From a virus: a stretch of DNA of 64,000 nt. The notes under the pieces were generated by a model. The model was not told the origin of the DNA, ran no database searches, and worked only from the letters and a program-made list of their open reading frames with translations. The stretch lies in IMG/VR virus record IMGVR_UViG_3300008952_000003, positions 1 through 64,000 of that record. The stretch is one strand, 5' to 3'. Of the stretch, positions 1-8,750 are shown piece after piece (position 1 is the stretch's first letter; each line of letters opens with the position of its first letter). Position numbers and translations under genes: made by a program.

Positions 1-2
1 GT

Positions 3-155
3 GCTTACTCCGTCATAGTAAAGTGGGATAAACCTATCCCAGAAGGAAACCCAACGGGGTTGACAGAAGACACAAGTGATGATTATCTTGATGATCTAAT
101 TCTATTGGAGAGCGAAGAAGGATTGTTTATTTTGGAACAAAAGGTTTACACTTAG
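3..155 (+). CDS. partial hypothetical protein (3' end only)
   Basis: Open frame from the window edge (AYSVIVKWDKPIPEGNPTG...LFILEQKVYT) to TAG at 153-155. Confidence 0.55.
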   Translation, partial: AYSVIVKWDKPIPEGNPTGLTEDTSDDYLDDLILLESEEGLFILEQKVYT

Positions 156-176
156 AGCCAAATGGGGTAAATTTGT

Positions 177-196
177 GATTCCCGCCACCTCCACCA
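177..196 (+). other. tRNA-Ala/tmRNA-like 3'-end remnant
   Basis: GATTCCCGCCACCTCCACCA is a partial T-loop, T-stem 3' strand, acceptor 3' strand with U70, A73 and CCA. It is 18/20 identical to the 3' end of tRNA-Ala at 5565-5584. No pairing 5' half is present. Confidence 0.55.
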
Positions 197-254
197 TTTT
201 ATCGTCTTTAGCTGCATCGAGTTCCTACTTAGGAAAAGCAGGAGATAGTGATAT

Positions 255-851
255 ATGTCAGATTCCAACACAAATATAACAGAGCAGCTTGATAGGCTAT
301 ACACTGGTAATATTGTGCCTATCAGCGAAGGGGAAAAACCCGCTACTCACACATATGGGGAAATAACGAGAAAAGGGGTAGATACAGTCTTAAGGATATT
401 TGAATCAAGGTTCACGGAAGATGCGGTTTTTTATGATTTGGGTTGCGGGTTCGGGCGTATGTTGACTCATGTCGCTATCGAAAAGAAAATGAAAAAAGTT
501 TGTGGAATTGAGTTTGATCAAGAGCGCGCCGATTGGGCTTTGAGGAACTTTGAAAACTTTGAATATGCAGGGGCGAAGCCTGAAATAATAATTGGAGATA
601 TGTTTGAGCAAGACCTTTCTGATGCTACGATTGTCTACTTTGACAACACGGTGTATCCCAAGAAGGCCCTTGATTTTTTCAAGACTCTTCCTTCTGGGTG
701 TTTGTTTGTTTATAAGTCTTGGGGCTTAGTAACAGGAGACCCATTCTTCAATCTTGAAACTACCTACAATAGGTATTCTGGCCGGCCCGAACTCAAATCT
801 GATCTTTCTGAGTTTTGGTTTGTTAAAGCTTCTTGGCGCATAATTCCGTAA
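255..851 (+). CDS. class I SAM-dependent methyltransferase, DOT1-like
   Basis: Motifs YGE..., FYDLGCGFGR (motif I), GIEFD, IIIGDMFEQDLSDATIVYFDN follow the DOT1-type layout. Confidence 0.75.
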   Translation: MSDSNTNITEQLDRLYTGNIVPISEGEKPATHTYGEITRKGVDTVLRIFESRFTEDAVFYDLGCGFGRMLTHVAIEKKMKKVCGIEFDQERADWALRNFENFEYAGAKPEIIIGDMFEQDLSDATIVYFDNTVYPKKALDFFKTLPSGCLFVYKSWGLVTGDPFFNLETTYNRYSGRPELKSDLSEFWFVKASWRIIP

Positions 852-901
852 TTTAGAAAAACAGTGATGTTGTTTTTTTTTATTTTAATAACATTTTAAA
901 A

Positions 902-909
902 CTATTTAT
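902..909 (+). promoter_or_regulatory. putative phage late promoter (CTATTTAT)
   Basis: Intergenic nTAnTTAY motif 6 nt before the ATG. It recurs upstream of many virion-type genes. Confidence 0.55.
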
Positions 910-915
910 AGTATT

Positions 916-3411
916 ATGATGAAGAACCTCATTTTAAATTGGAGAGCATCCGTTCAAAAGGACGCCCTCAATGAAAATAAGATCATGCATGAGGCAACCG
1001 ACGAGGAGATCGAGGTCCTCTCGGATGTTCTTTCGAATTTGGATCCCGAGAACCTCCCACTGAACGGGGCTTTCGGAGGAAAACTGCGAAAAGTAATCCC
1101 TCTCGAAGCGGTTGGTGGAAAGGTTGGCGATTTGGTCAATACGCTGGAAGACGGAGGTTATACTGTCAATCTTAAAGACGGCACGGCTTCATATGAGACA
1201 AGAAGAGAGCACGAAGGAAAGGTTTATAAAGGCAAGAAAACCCTCAAGATTAATAAAATTTTAAACGGACTTCTCAAGCACAAAGAGAAAGAGAGAGACG
1301 TAGACGAGAAAATGTCTGCGGCAAGAGCCAAATACTACACCGAGCGAAGTAAGAGCGGCGCAGGCGAAGAGGTTGAGGGCGAGTATGAACAAGCCATGCA
1401 AGATTGGGATGAAGAAAAGGCGCGACTTAAAGAAGTAGGAAAGAAAGCGTTCAGAGGAATGGATCGATGGGTCCACATCAGGAATCTCGTAAAATATATC
1501 AAAGCGTGGGAAGAGAATGCTGGATTTTTTAAAAACGATCCAGCGGCTCTTTCTGGGTTTTCTATTATTCTAAGCAGGCACCCAGCCGATGTTCTCAGGA
1601 TGTCCGATTTTGATAATATTACCTCGTGTCACACACTTTCTTCGAGGTCTAGGGAGCAGGGATCTTTTATTAAGTGCGCCTATGCAGAGGCCATCGACGG
1701 TGGTGCAATTGCCTATGTTGTTCCCACTGAAGAAATAAGGGACTGGGAGGCGGAAAATGATCAACCAATAGAGGACACTGATGAAGAAGTGCTAAGCGAC
1801 TCAGCCCGAGGTATTGGTGATATAGAGCCGGTATCAAGAATCCGAGTCCGAGTTGGAAGATTTGATGATGATGACCGACGATGGTACATCGGAGTTCCTG
1901 ACGCTCGCATATATGGCGCGAACACTTCAAACTTTTATGAAACCCTTAAAGCGTGGTTAGTTGATAATCAAGAGGGCACGATCCAGCATCTTCCCAAAGT
2001 TCTTGAAAAAGATGTTGGAGAAACGGATCCGGGAATGAGGTACAGATATACAGAGCGTGATGTCGGAAAAGTAGATGCTGGAAAAATGACTCTGGTCGGA
2101 GGCAGACACCAGGATAATCCGCTTGAACAAATCTTGGCGCGAATGCTAGATCCAGAAGCCAAAAGGTCTGGCGACTACGCGGGGGATCAACTCGTTGTCG
2201 GAAACCCAAGAAAGGAATCCTCTGAAGATGATGTTGATGTTCCAAGTAATCGCTACCAACAAGTAGAAGAAGAGATTGAGGCGCTAGTTGATTACTACAA
2301 TGATAGATATGAGTACTGCACCATTTACGGTGATGTTGAGGATTACGGCGACGGACCAACGATTAATGCTTATGCGGCGCTCAGCTTTGATTTAGACGTC
2401 GGCAATTGGAGCCCGGAGTACACGGGAGGAGACGACGGGAAACTTTCAGAAGATGGAGTTTATCTTCTAAACGGAGATAGGGACGCAGATAGGGACGCAT
2501 ATGGCGAGTCAATTGTACAGGATTTTTATGATATCGGGGGACTGATGTGGGCCGAACCGCGAGGCGAAGAAATGTATCGCGCAATAGCATTTTATTCGGA
2601 GCACGCTGGCGCCATCAGGCTCCAGGTGGATCTCAGACCGGGGCCGGCCCTCGGCGATGGATACATTTATGATTCACAAACTTTTGAAGAATTTGCTGAT
2701 GCTATTGAGTCCGATATAGAAGATAAAGTGGATCCATGGCTAAAAGTTATGATGAAAAGAACTCTCATAAGAGAGGGTATTCTTGAAGCCTCTCCATTCC
2801 AAGAGTTCATGAAGCAGGCAGAAGAGGAAGAATTCGAAGATTTCGAAGATACTGATTGGAGTTTTGACGTCATAATGGACGAAAACCGCGTCGATATTGA
2901 TATAAGCGTCGAGTTTAAAATAGACGAGATCCAGGGTTTGGAGGATGTCTTTTATACAGATCAAGCAATCAAAGACATTGGGATGTCAAGAAATTTCGCC
3001 GCGACGTTTAAAAAAATGCTCTTTGATCAAGTCCCTGGTTTTGTCTATGAAGAATCCATGTATCCTAAGTTCACGCGCAGATATGTAAGTACTTATGGCT
3101 CTAGCGCCAACCGAGTACCAAACCTGGGACTGTCTTTCACTGTTGACGGCAATGACCCGCCGGAAGTCCTCCCGCCCACGATGAGTATGATCGAACACAT
3201 CAAGAAAAAAGACGTCGAAGAAATAGCTAAGCAGGCGTATAACGCTGTCGTGCGAAAAGGCACAGCGCCCTTGGTGACTCGTTATTCAGACAGTGCGAGA
3301 CAACAAGCATTGCCGTTCGGAGATAAAAAGCCTGAACCTGAGCCCGAATCCGAGAAGTCTTTAAATGAAAGAATTCACAGAAACTGGTCTGGCTTTTTAA
3401 ATAGCAAATAA
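916..3411 (+). CDS. hypothetical large-phage protein, probably virion-associated
   Basis: 831 aa, acidic. Has N- and C-terminal LNE/W motifs, a conserved-looking SRHPADVLRMSDF..ITSCH block and a late motif upstream. Confidence 0.8.
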   Translation: MMKNLILNWRASVQKDALNENKIMHEATDEEIEVLSDVLSNLDPENLPLNGAFGGKLRKVIPLEAVGGKVGDLVNTLEDGGYTVNLKDGTASYETRREHEGKVYKGKKTLKINKILNGLLKHKEKERDVDEKMSAARAKYYTERSKSGAGEEVEGEYEQAMQDWDEEKARLKEVGKKAFRGMDRWVHIRNLVKYIKAWEENAGFFKNDPAALSGFSIILSRHPADVLRMSDFDNITSCHTLSSRSREQGSFIKCAYAEAIDGGAIAYVVPTEEIRDWEAENDQPIEDTDEEVLSDSARGIGDIEPVSRIRVRVGRFDDDDRRWYIGVPDARIYGANTSNFYETLKAWLVDNQEGTIQHLPKVLEKDVGETDPGMRYRYTERDVGKVDAGKMTLVGGRHQDNPLEQILARMLDPEAKRSGDYAGDQLVVGNPRKESSEDDVDVPSNRYQQVEEEIEALVDYYNDRYEYCTIYGDVEDYGDGPTINAYAALSFDLDVGNWSPEYTGGDDGKLSEDGVYLLNGDRDADRDAYGESIVQDFYDIGGLMWAEPRGEEMYRAIAFYSEHAGAIRLQVDLRPGPALGDGYIYDSQTFEEFADAIESDIEDKVDPWLKVMMKRTLIREGILEASPFQEFMKQAEEEEFEDFEDTDWSFDVIMDENRVDIDISVEFKIDEIQGLEDVFYTDQAIKDIGMSRNFAATFKKMLFDQVPGFVYEESMYPKFTRRYVSTYGSSANRVPNLGLSFTVDGNDPPEVLPPTMSMIEHIKKKDVEEIAKQAYNAVVRKGTAPLVTRYSDSARQQALPFGDKKPEPEPESEKSLNERIHRNWSGFLNSK

Positions 3412-3414
3412 GAC

Positions 3415-3443
3415 TTGACATATTCTTTACATTATGTTATATT
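3415..3443 (+). promoter_or_regulatory. sigma70-type promoter
   Basis: TTGACA-N17-TATATT with extended -10 TG, followed by SD AGGAGG. Confidence 0.8.
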
Positions 3444-3463
3444 AGTATTTACAGGAGGATACC

Positions 3464-4120
3464 ATGGATAAAAAATCTATAAATAAATGGAAGGATTTTA
3501 AGGACTCTCCAAAATATGTTCTGTCTGAATCTGGATTAAGTCGTGTTTGGGGCCATATTACGGCTCACGATACAGCTATCATTACTGCATTTCGAAACGA
3601 TCCTCTTGATAATTCTGAATGTGCTTTCGAGTCTGATCGCGAAGAAGAGGGAAATACGGCACTGCAAACGAATAAAGATAGAAATAGTGATTTAAAGGCA
3701 GCTTTATTGTATAGCAGATACGGCGTGACAAAAGTAGACGGAGCCTATATTGAAAACTACCTCGATCCAGAAAAACAAATCGAAGTAAAAGAGGATAGCC
3801 TCCTTGTTGTTAATCTAGGTGACGATCCTGAATTCTTCTCAAATATAGAGAAACTAGGGCAAATGTTTTGTCAAGATTCTGTCTTGATAATCCCCCAAGG
3901 TGGAGAGGGTGCCTATCTTCTTGGTACAAACAATAGTGAATGGCCAGGGTTAGGAAATAGAGAGATGGTTGGCAAATTTAGAGCCGGCGAAGAGTCAGAG
4001 TTCATGACAAAAGTAAAGAAACGCCCATTTACATTCAGTGAAAATCTACAAACTTTCTCCGACCTTCCTAGAAATTCTAAATGGGTTGTGTCACTCAGGG
4101 GAAGAAAACTATTAGAATAA
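3464..4120 (+). CDS. conserved hypothetical phage protein
   Basis: 218 aa with SD AGGAGG. The LSESGLSRVWGHI...TAIITAFR motif is typical of T4-like phage hypotheticals. Confidence 0.75.
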   Translation: MDKKSINKWKDFKDSPKYVLSESGLSRVWGHITAHDTAIITAFRNDPLDNSECAFESDREEEGNTALQTNKDRNSDLKAALLYSRYGVTKVDGAYIENYLDPEKQIEVKEDSLLVVNLGDDPEFFSNIEKLGQMFCQDSVLIIPQGGEGAYLLGTNNSEWPGLGNREMVGKFRAGEESEFMTKVKKRPFTFSENLQTFSDLPRNSKWVVSLRGRKLLE

Positions 4121-4133
4121 TGGAAATATTGAT

Positions 4134-4484
4134 ATGCCAACAAAGAAAACACTAAGTTTAAAACATGATGATATTCGAAAAATCATCAATCACCAAAGTG
4201 ATTTGGCGAGAGAAGAAGTTTTAAAAGAAAAGAGAAAGAAATTAAGAAAGAATCCAAAAAAACTTAAAGAAGATTTAAAAAAACCGATATCGGTATTGCA
4301 GCAGGCATATAAAACCGAAGCGGATATTCATAAAAGAAAAAAAGGAAAATCACTAATGAGACTCATTAAAGAAACATACGAACTTTGTAAAGAGTTTATA
4401 ACACTCCAATCACCAATTGAGGTATATATTTTTACTGCGGCTGTCTGGGCCAAGGGCGCCCTATTCGGCCATTTATTCCTGTAA
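4134..4484 (+). CDS. hypothetical protein, basic, C-terminal hydrophobic segment
   Basis: 116-aa ORF filling the gap before tRNA-Thr. Confidence 0.65.
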   Translation: MPTKKTLSLKHDDIRKIINHQSDLAREEVLKEKRKKLRKNPKKLKEDLKKPISVLQQAYKTEADIHKRKKGKSLMRLIKETYELCKEFITLQSPIEVYIFTAAVWAKGALFGHLFL

Positions 4485-4492
4485 TATTTTAA

Positions 4493-4569
4493 GCCGCTTT
4501 AGCTCAGTTGGTCAGAGCAGTTGCTTTGTAAGCATCAGGTCGTCAGTTCGAATCTGACAAGTGGCTCCA
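4493..4569 (+). tRNA. tRNA-Thr(UGU)
   Basis: Acceptor GCCGCTT/AAGTGGC, D-arm AGCTCAGTTGGTCAGAGC, anticodon loop TTTGTAA, GTTCGAATC T-loop, encoded CCA. Confidence 0.92.
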
Positions 4570-4585
4570 CTTGAGACCTCAAACT

Positions 4586-5500
4586 ATGCCTGTATCTTAC
4601 GAAACATTCCAAAATTTATTTTCAAAAGAAAGAGATAAAAATGAGGATGTACTTGAGGGGATATATCATCGAGGGCAGGATAATATATGGAATGGCCAAA
4701 AGGTTCTAGAAGAACTAACAAGCAAATATGGCGTTCCCGAACCAGATCCAGATAAGTTAGAATCTGTTAAGAACATATTTTCCATCATACTGTGGGGTGA
4801 GTATGCCGCCTGGAATGTCTCTTCCCAGTTATCATTTATGTTGGACGATTATGGTGCCAAAATAGCCGCCGTATCTCAGGCGCACGATGAAGCCAGGCAC
4901 TTCTATGTAATGAGGGATTATCTCAGGCTCCTCAATTACGAACCACAAGAATTACCAAAGCATGTTTCATATATCTTGAGAGAGGTGTGTGATACTAAAG
5001 ACCTGGCTAGGAAGCTGCTTGGTATGCAACTTATGATAGAGCCTATAGCGCTGACTATCTTTCGTTTCGTCAGGAGAGCCAACATCGATCCTGTATTATC
5101 CAATCTGCTCGGATATTTTGAAATAGATGAGTCAAGACATATAGCCTTGGGTATAAAGTATCTACCCGGCCTTCTCAGGGAAATGAACAGGTTTGAGTTG
5201 GCCAGATTCCTTGTTTGGCAAGCAAAACTGATAAATGCGGAAATATCTGGTCTTAAAATTTTAGAAAAAGATCTGGTTGCTCTGGGGCTTGATCCTTTGG
5301 AAGTTTTTGAGTTTGCCGAAAGTAAGCAATTAGAGTGTTTGAGGTTGGTTGCAGTGGAGATGGGAATTAGCGAGAATATTTGGAAGCCAATCGTGAAAGT
5401 CATACAGTTTAAGAAAAGAATGACTTTCTATCCAAACAAGCAGGATAATTTTATAAAGAGGGTCAGCACTTCTCTTTTTGATGTTTTTGCCACTACTTAA
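4586..5500 (+). CDS. ferritin-like di-iron carboxylate protein
   Basis: Pattern E...DEARH...E...DESRH is the four-helix di-iron signature. Start placed at ATG 4586 (ORF track starts at TTG 4571). Confidence 0.75.
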   Translation: MPVSYETFQNLFSKERDKNEDVLEGIYHRGQDNIWNGQKVLEELTSKYGVPEPDPDKLESVKNIFSIILWGEYAAWNVSSQLSFMLDDYGAKIAAVSQAHDEARHFYVMRDYLRLLNYEPQELPKHVSYILREVCDTKDLARKLLGMQLMIEPIALTIFRFVRRANIDPVLSNLLGYFEIDESRHIALGIKYLPGLLREMNRFELARFLVWQAKLINAEISGLKILEKDLVALGLDPLEVFEFAESKQLECLRLVAVEMGISENIWKPIVKVIQFKKRMTFYPNKQDNFIKRVSTSLFDVFATT

Positions 5501-5508
5501 CTTCAAAG

Positions 5509-5584
5509 GGGGGTGTAGCTCAGTAGGGAGAGCAATAGCTTTGCAAGCTATAGGTCGCAGGTTCGATTCCTGTCACCTCCACCA
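5509..5584 (+). tRNA. tRNA-Ala(UGC)
   Basis: Acceptor GGGGGTG/CACCTCC with G3:U70, anticodon stem ATAGC/GCTAT with loop TTTGCAA, encoded CCA. Confidence 0.93.
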
Positions 5585-5601
5585 TTTTGGATCTAATAAG
5601 A

Positions 5602-6150
5602 ATGAGAATTGATCATATCGCATATCGAGTGAAAGACAAAGAAAAGACTGCACAATTTTTTATTGACTTCTTTGGATACCGTAAACCGAAAGATCTCCAA
5701 GAGGGATTCGATATCCAGTTCGAAGACAACACTTGGGCAAAATGCCTAGTATTGGAACCACCAGAAAAAACAAACGATTTAATGCCGTGGAAGCTTTTTG
5801 ATATATTTGGTTTGGAATTTCACACCGCTCCAGAGATATTTGTATCATCTGGCTGTAAAGGCTCGATCGTTGCAGATTGGGTTGATTCCCACAATGGAGG
5901 AAATGGAGGCATCCATCACATAGCGTATCAAGTGGGCTCAGTTGAGGATACCATGGATGAATGGAAAGACAGGGGGTTCTTTGAGTTTTCCTCTGAGTTG
6001 CCTCTGTCTTGTGAGGGTTTAACTCAAATATTCACGAAACCACTTGAAGAAACTGGCGTCATATACGAGTTCATAGAAAGAGAGAAGCAAGGATTCTGTG
6101 CTAGTAACGTCCGAGATTTGATGAACAGCACAAAGAATAATAAATTCTAA
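5602..6150 (+). CDS. VOC/glyoxalase-superfamily protein, HPPD-like
   Basis: IDHIAYRV, GGIHHIAYQV, LTQIFTKP, YEFIER and GFCASNVRDLM parallel the HPPD C-terminal metal-binding motifs. Start placed at ATG 5602. Confidence 0.75.
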   Translation: MRIDHIAYRVKDKEKTAQFFIDFFGYRKPKDLQEGFDIQFEDNTWAKCLVLEPPEKTNDLMPWKLFDIFGLEFHTAPEIFVSSGCKGSIVADWVDSHNGGNGGIHHIAYQVGSVEDTMDEWKDRGFFEFSSELPLSCEGLTQIFTKPLEETGVIYEFIEREKQGFCASNVRDLMNSTKNNKF

Positions 6151-6281
6151 AGTTTTCCACACTTCTCTATTATAATGTTCGTCTGTTGTAGTAGTCGTTC
6201 TGTTTCGTGCTGGACGAAAGCATAGAGCATGATTGCAATCGCGAATGATAAAATAAATAATATAAAATTGTTATTGATCAC
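6147..6281 (-). CDS. small putative membrane protein (44 aa)
   Basis: The GTG start overlaps the upstream stop (GTGA). MINNNFILFILSFAIAIMLYAFVQHE... has one TM helix. Below the ORF-track cutoff. Confidence 0.45.
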   Translation of the reverse strand: MINNNFILFILSFAIAIMLYAFVQHETERLLQQTNIIIEKCGKL

Positions 6282-8677
6282 AATATTGCCCTTTTCCACA
6301 TTCGAATTGTTGCCTCATCAAGTTTATCTTCTGGGAACTTTTTCTTTATCATATTTATGAATGCTTTCTCTGCTACATCTGTTATTTTATCTTTGGTATC
6401 TATTTTTGAGACGATATGAAGGAAATCTTTAGCAATGGAATCTTTCGTGTCGGGTTCAATCTCTAATGCCCAATCTATGGCGAAGACATAAGGTCTTGAT
6501 TCATATGGATTCTTGGAAAATAGATATAATTGATTTGGGGCTTCACCTCGCTCATATTCAGTTTCAGATCCAGCTTCGTCGAGCATCTCTTTCATTAATT
6601 CTGCTCCAAAAACATTGAAATTAAACAAGGCTTTTATTCCAGCCAACCCTCCTGGGACTGACGGTATATCGTGCTCATCCAGGAGTGCGGCAGTGTTCAA
6701 AATAATGGTTGGTATGGTGGCTGTGATGTTTTCTAATATATCATTTTCTTCGTCTATTGCTCTTTCAAGCTCCCAGTCCGTTGGAAGATTGCGATAATCG
6801 CTCGGATCAGTACCGGCAGGAAGGGTTCCTCTAGTATAAAGCTCCCTGTGGATAATACTTTGATCTATGTCGTTGAACATTGCGCCCTCGATATAATTTC
6901 TATCAAGCATCGCTGACCTTATTGCTTCTTTCATACCTTCGGCTTCCTGCGCAGAGACCCCCTTCATTACTTGGAAGAAATTCGCGAAAGACGCCGGATC
7001 ACTACGGTCGCTTGGAATTGCGGCACTCCCATCCCAGATCCACTCCGGATATCCAAGTACCTTTCCAATATCAATGGGCGTCACAACAAAGAGCTTCGCA
7101 TCATAAAAACTACTGAATTCGCGAGTCCATGCCGCATTATGTTTCCCCCGGCGCGCGCCGGGTCCAACAATATTTTCATCAATTTCTGGATCTTCATCTT
7201 TATAATAGAAATCATGTATTGTTGATGATTTTTCCGGCGCGTATTTGTACATTTCGTTGCCTACTAGACTAATCGCGATATTCTCTCCAAACTTTTGACC
7301 GAATACTTGGGATCCGCCTCCCTCAGTTCTTTTTGTCAGTGCCTTCTTTCCGTGTTCATTAAGTATATCTGCCGGAAAGTCCGTCCCGAATAATGCGAGA
7401 GGGAAATACCGAATAACGCCGTCTTCGTCTTTTTCCATTCTAAAGCCTATAGAAATCCCGCGATAAGGTACTTCTTCCTGGAATTTATTTACCCAATTCG
7501 TCAATTCTTTTTTAATTTCATCCCACGCGGCTTCTCCTAGTTGTAGTTCTGACATTAGCCATGTGCGAAAATCAAGAAAACCTTCTTTGTTGTTGGCATG
7601 TTGTCCTCGCTCTTCTATTTTTTTAACGTCGATAGCGCCAAGAAGATCAACAATCTTTTGCCAATACTTTTTATCAGGAAGCTCATTCATTTGTCCTTTG
7701 ATCTGAAGCACTTCTTTTTTCTTCTCATTATATGCGACAGTAACCCAGTGGTCTCGACCAAACTCAACATTTGGATCTTTATTCGGGCTTCTTAGGGAAT
7801 ACAGGGTCGTGGCGCCAGGTCCGGTTCCACAATGCTTCATCTTTCTACCCTCAATATCACAGGAAGCATGTCCGATATCATACCAATAATAACCATCATT
7901 ATATTTCTTAATAACTTGATCTGGATTTTCTCTTCCTGCTAATTCATTTATAGCGCCCTGCGCCGCATCGGGAAGTTTGTCATATTTTTTTATGAACTCA
8001 TAGTGCTTGCCGTCTGGATCATCGTTGAGATAATCAAATAATCTTTCATAATCGCTCGCGGTTGACAGGGTAACAGCCCCCCTTTGGATCGCCTCGCCAA
8101 AGGTAATATTGTGAGCTATCCTATAAGGGCCCTCGGGAATCGTACCGTTGATGCCTTTCTTAAAAAATCTTTGCGCCATTTTCTCGGCTTTCATGAGATC
8201 TGCGCCAGTTGCGTCTCTTGCTCCGATTAGGTCTCTAAAGTTGCGTATTATTTGCCCTGCCTTGTCGGAAGTGGCTTGCCATAGATCTGATTTTTCTGGA
8301 TCCAGGGGCCATTCCTTTGCGTCCTCGGCGCCCTGTTCCCGCGTGTGTTCCATCGCAGTGACGACAACGGCTGTTGAGAAGTTGTCGATTAGGGTTCCAT
8401 CGGCAGACCCCCCTTTTCGGTCGTCATAGCGACCAATAGCATTCAGAGCGTGTTGACCCATTGTCTGTGCGATTCGGGTGTCCTTCCACATTTGACCGAC
8501 CTTGACTTTAGCTTCTCTCGATGCGTTACCCAGTCGCGCATTTATAAATTCTGCGATCTCTGCGGGTAATCCCAGTTGAAGAACGGTAACTTCATTAAGA
8601 ATCTCTGGAGTCGATAGTTTGAATTCATCTTGTTCTAGAGTTCTCTGCCAAGATTCCAATAGCTTTTTCATACTCAT
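6278..8677 (-). CDS. hypothetical virion-type protein with PcfJ-like domain
   Basis: EGRKMKHCG...LYSLR...VT...VLQIKGQMNELP resembles PcfJ. Has KKLLESW/ILNE at the N-terminus and a late motif CTATTTAC just upstream. Confidence 0.75.
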   Translation of the reverse strand: MSMKKLLESWQRTLEQDEFKLSTPEILNEVTVLQLGLPAEIAEFINARLGNASREAKVKVGQMWKDTRIAQTMGQHALNAIGRYDDRKGGSADGTLIDNFSTAVVVTAMEHTREQGAEDAKEWPLDPEKSDLWQATSDKAGQIIRNFRDLIGARDATGADLMKAEKMAQRFFKKGINGTIPEGPYRIAHNITFGEAIQRGAVTLSTASDYERLFDYLNDDPDGKHYEFIKKYDKLPDAAQGAINELAGRENPDQVIKKYNDGYYWYDIGHASCDIEGRKMKHCGTGPGATTLYSLRSPNKDPNVEFGRDHWVTVAYNEKKKEVLQIKGQMNELPDKKYWQKIVDLLGAIDVKKIEERGQHANNKEGFLDFRTWLMSELQLGEAAWDEIKKELTNWVNKFQEEVPYRGISIGFRMEKDEDGVIRYFPLALFGTDFPADILNEHGKKALTKRTEGGGSQVFGQKFGENIAISLVGNEMYKYAPEKSSTIHDFYYKDEDPEIDENIVGPGARRGKHNAAWTREFSSFYDAKLFVVTPIDIGKVLGYPEWIWDGSAAIPSDRSDPASFANFFQVMKGVSAQEAEGMKEAIRSAMLDRNYIEGAMFNDIDQSIIHRELYTRGTLPAGTDPSDYRNLPTDWELERAIDEENDILENITATIPTIILNTAALLDEHDIPSVPGGLAGIKALFNFNVFGAELMKEMLDEAGSETEYERGEAPNQLYLFSKNPYESRPYVFAIDWALEIEPDTKDSIAKDFLHIVSKIDTKDKITDVAEKAFINMIKKKFPEDKLDEATIRMWKRAIL

Positions 8678-8680
8678 GTT

Positions 8681-8688
8681 GTAAATAG
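8681..8688 (-). promoter_or_regulatory. putative phage late promoter (CTATTTAC)
   Basis: Same motif on the minus strand, 3 nt before the ATG of the only long minus-strand gene. Confidence 0.55.
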
Positions 8689-8750
8689 TTTTAAATAAAC
8701 TTAAGTTTTCAAAAAAACGCAGTAGTTATTAATAGTGGAGGTGTTTATAG

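Noticed and set aside
856-881. Intrinsic terminator after the methyltransferase
   Set aside because: The stem (AAAAACA/TGTTTTT) is almost all A-T and too weak to call.
197-5564. Integrated island bounded by the tRNA-Ala 3' direct repeat
   Set aside because: The fragment lies upstream rather than downstream of the intact tRNA, there is no integrase, and the enclosed genes carry the phage's own promoter motifs.
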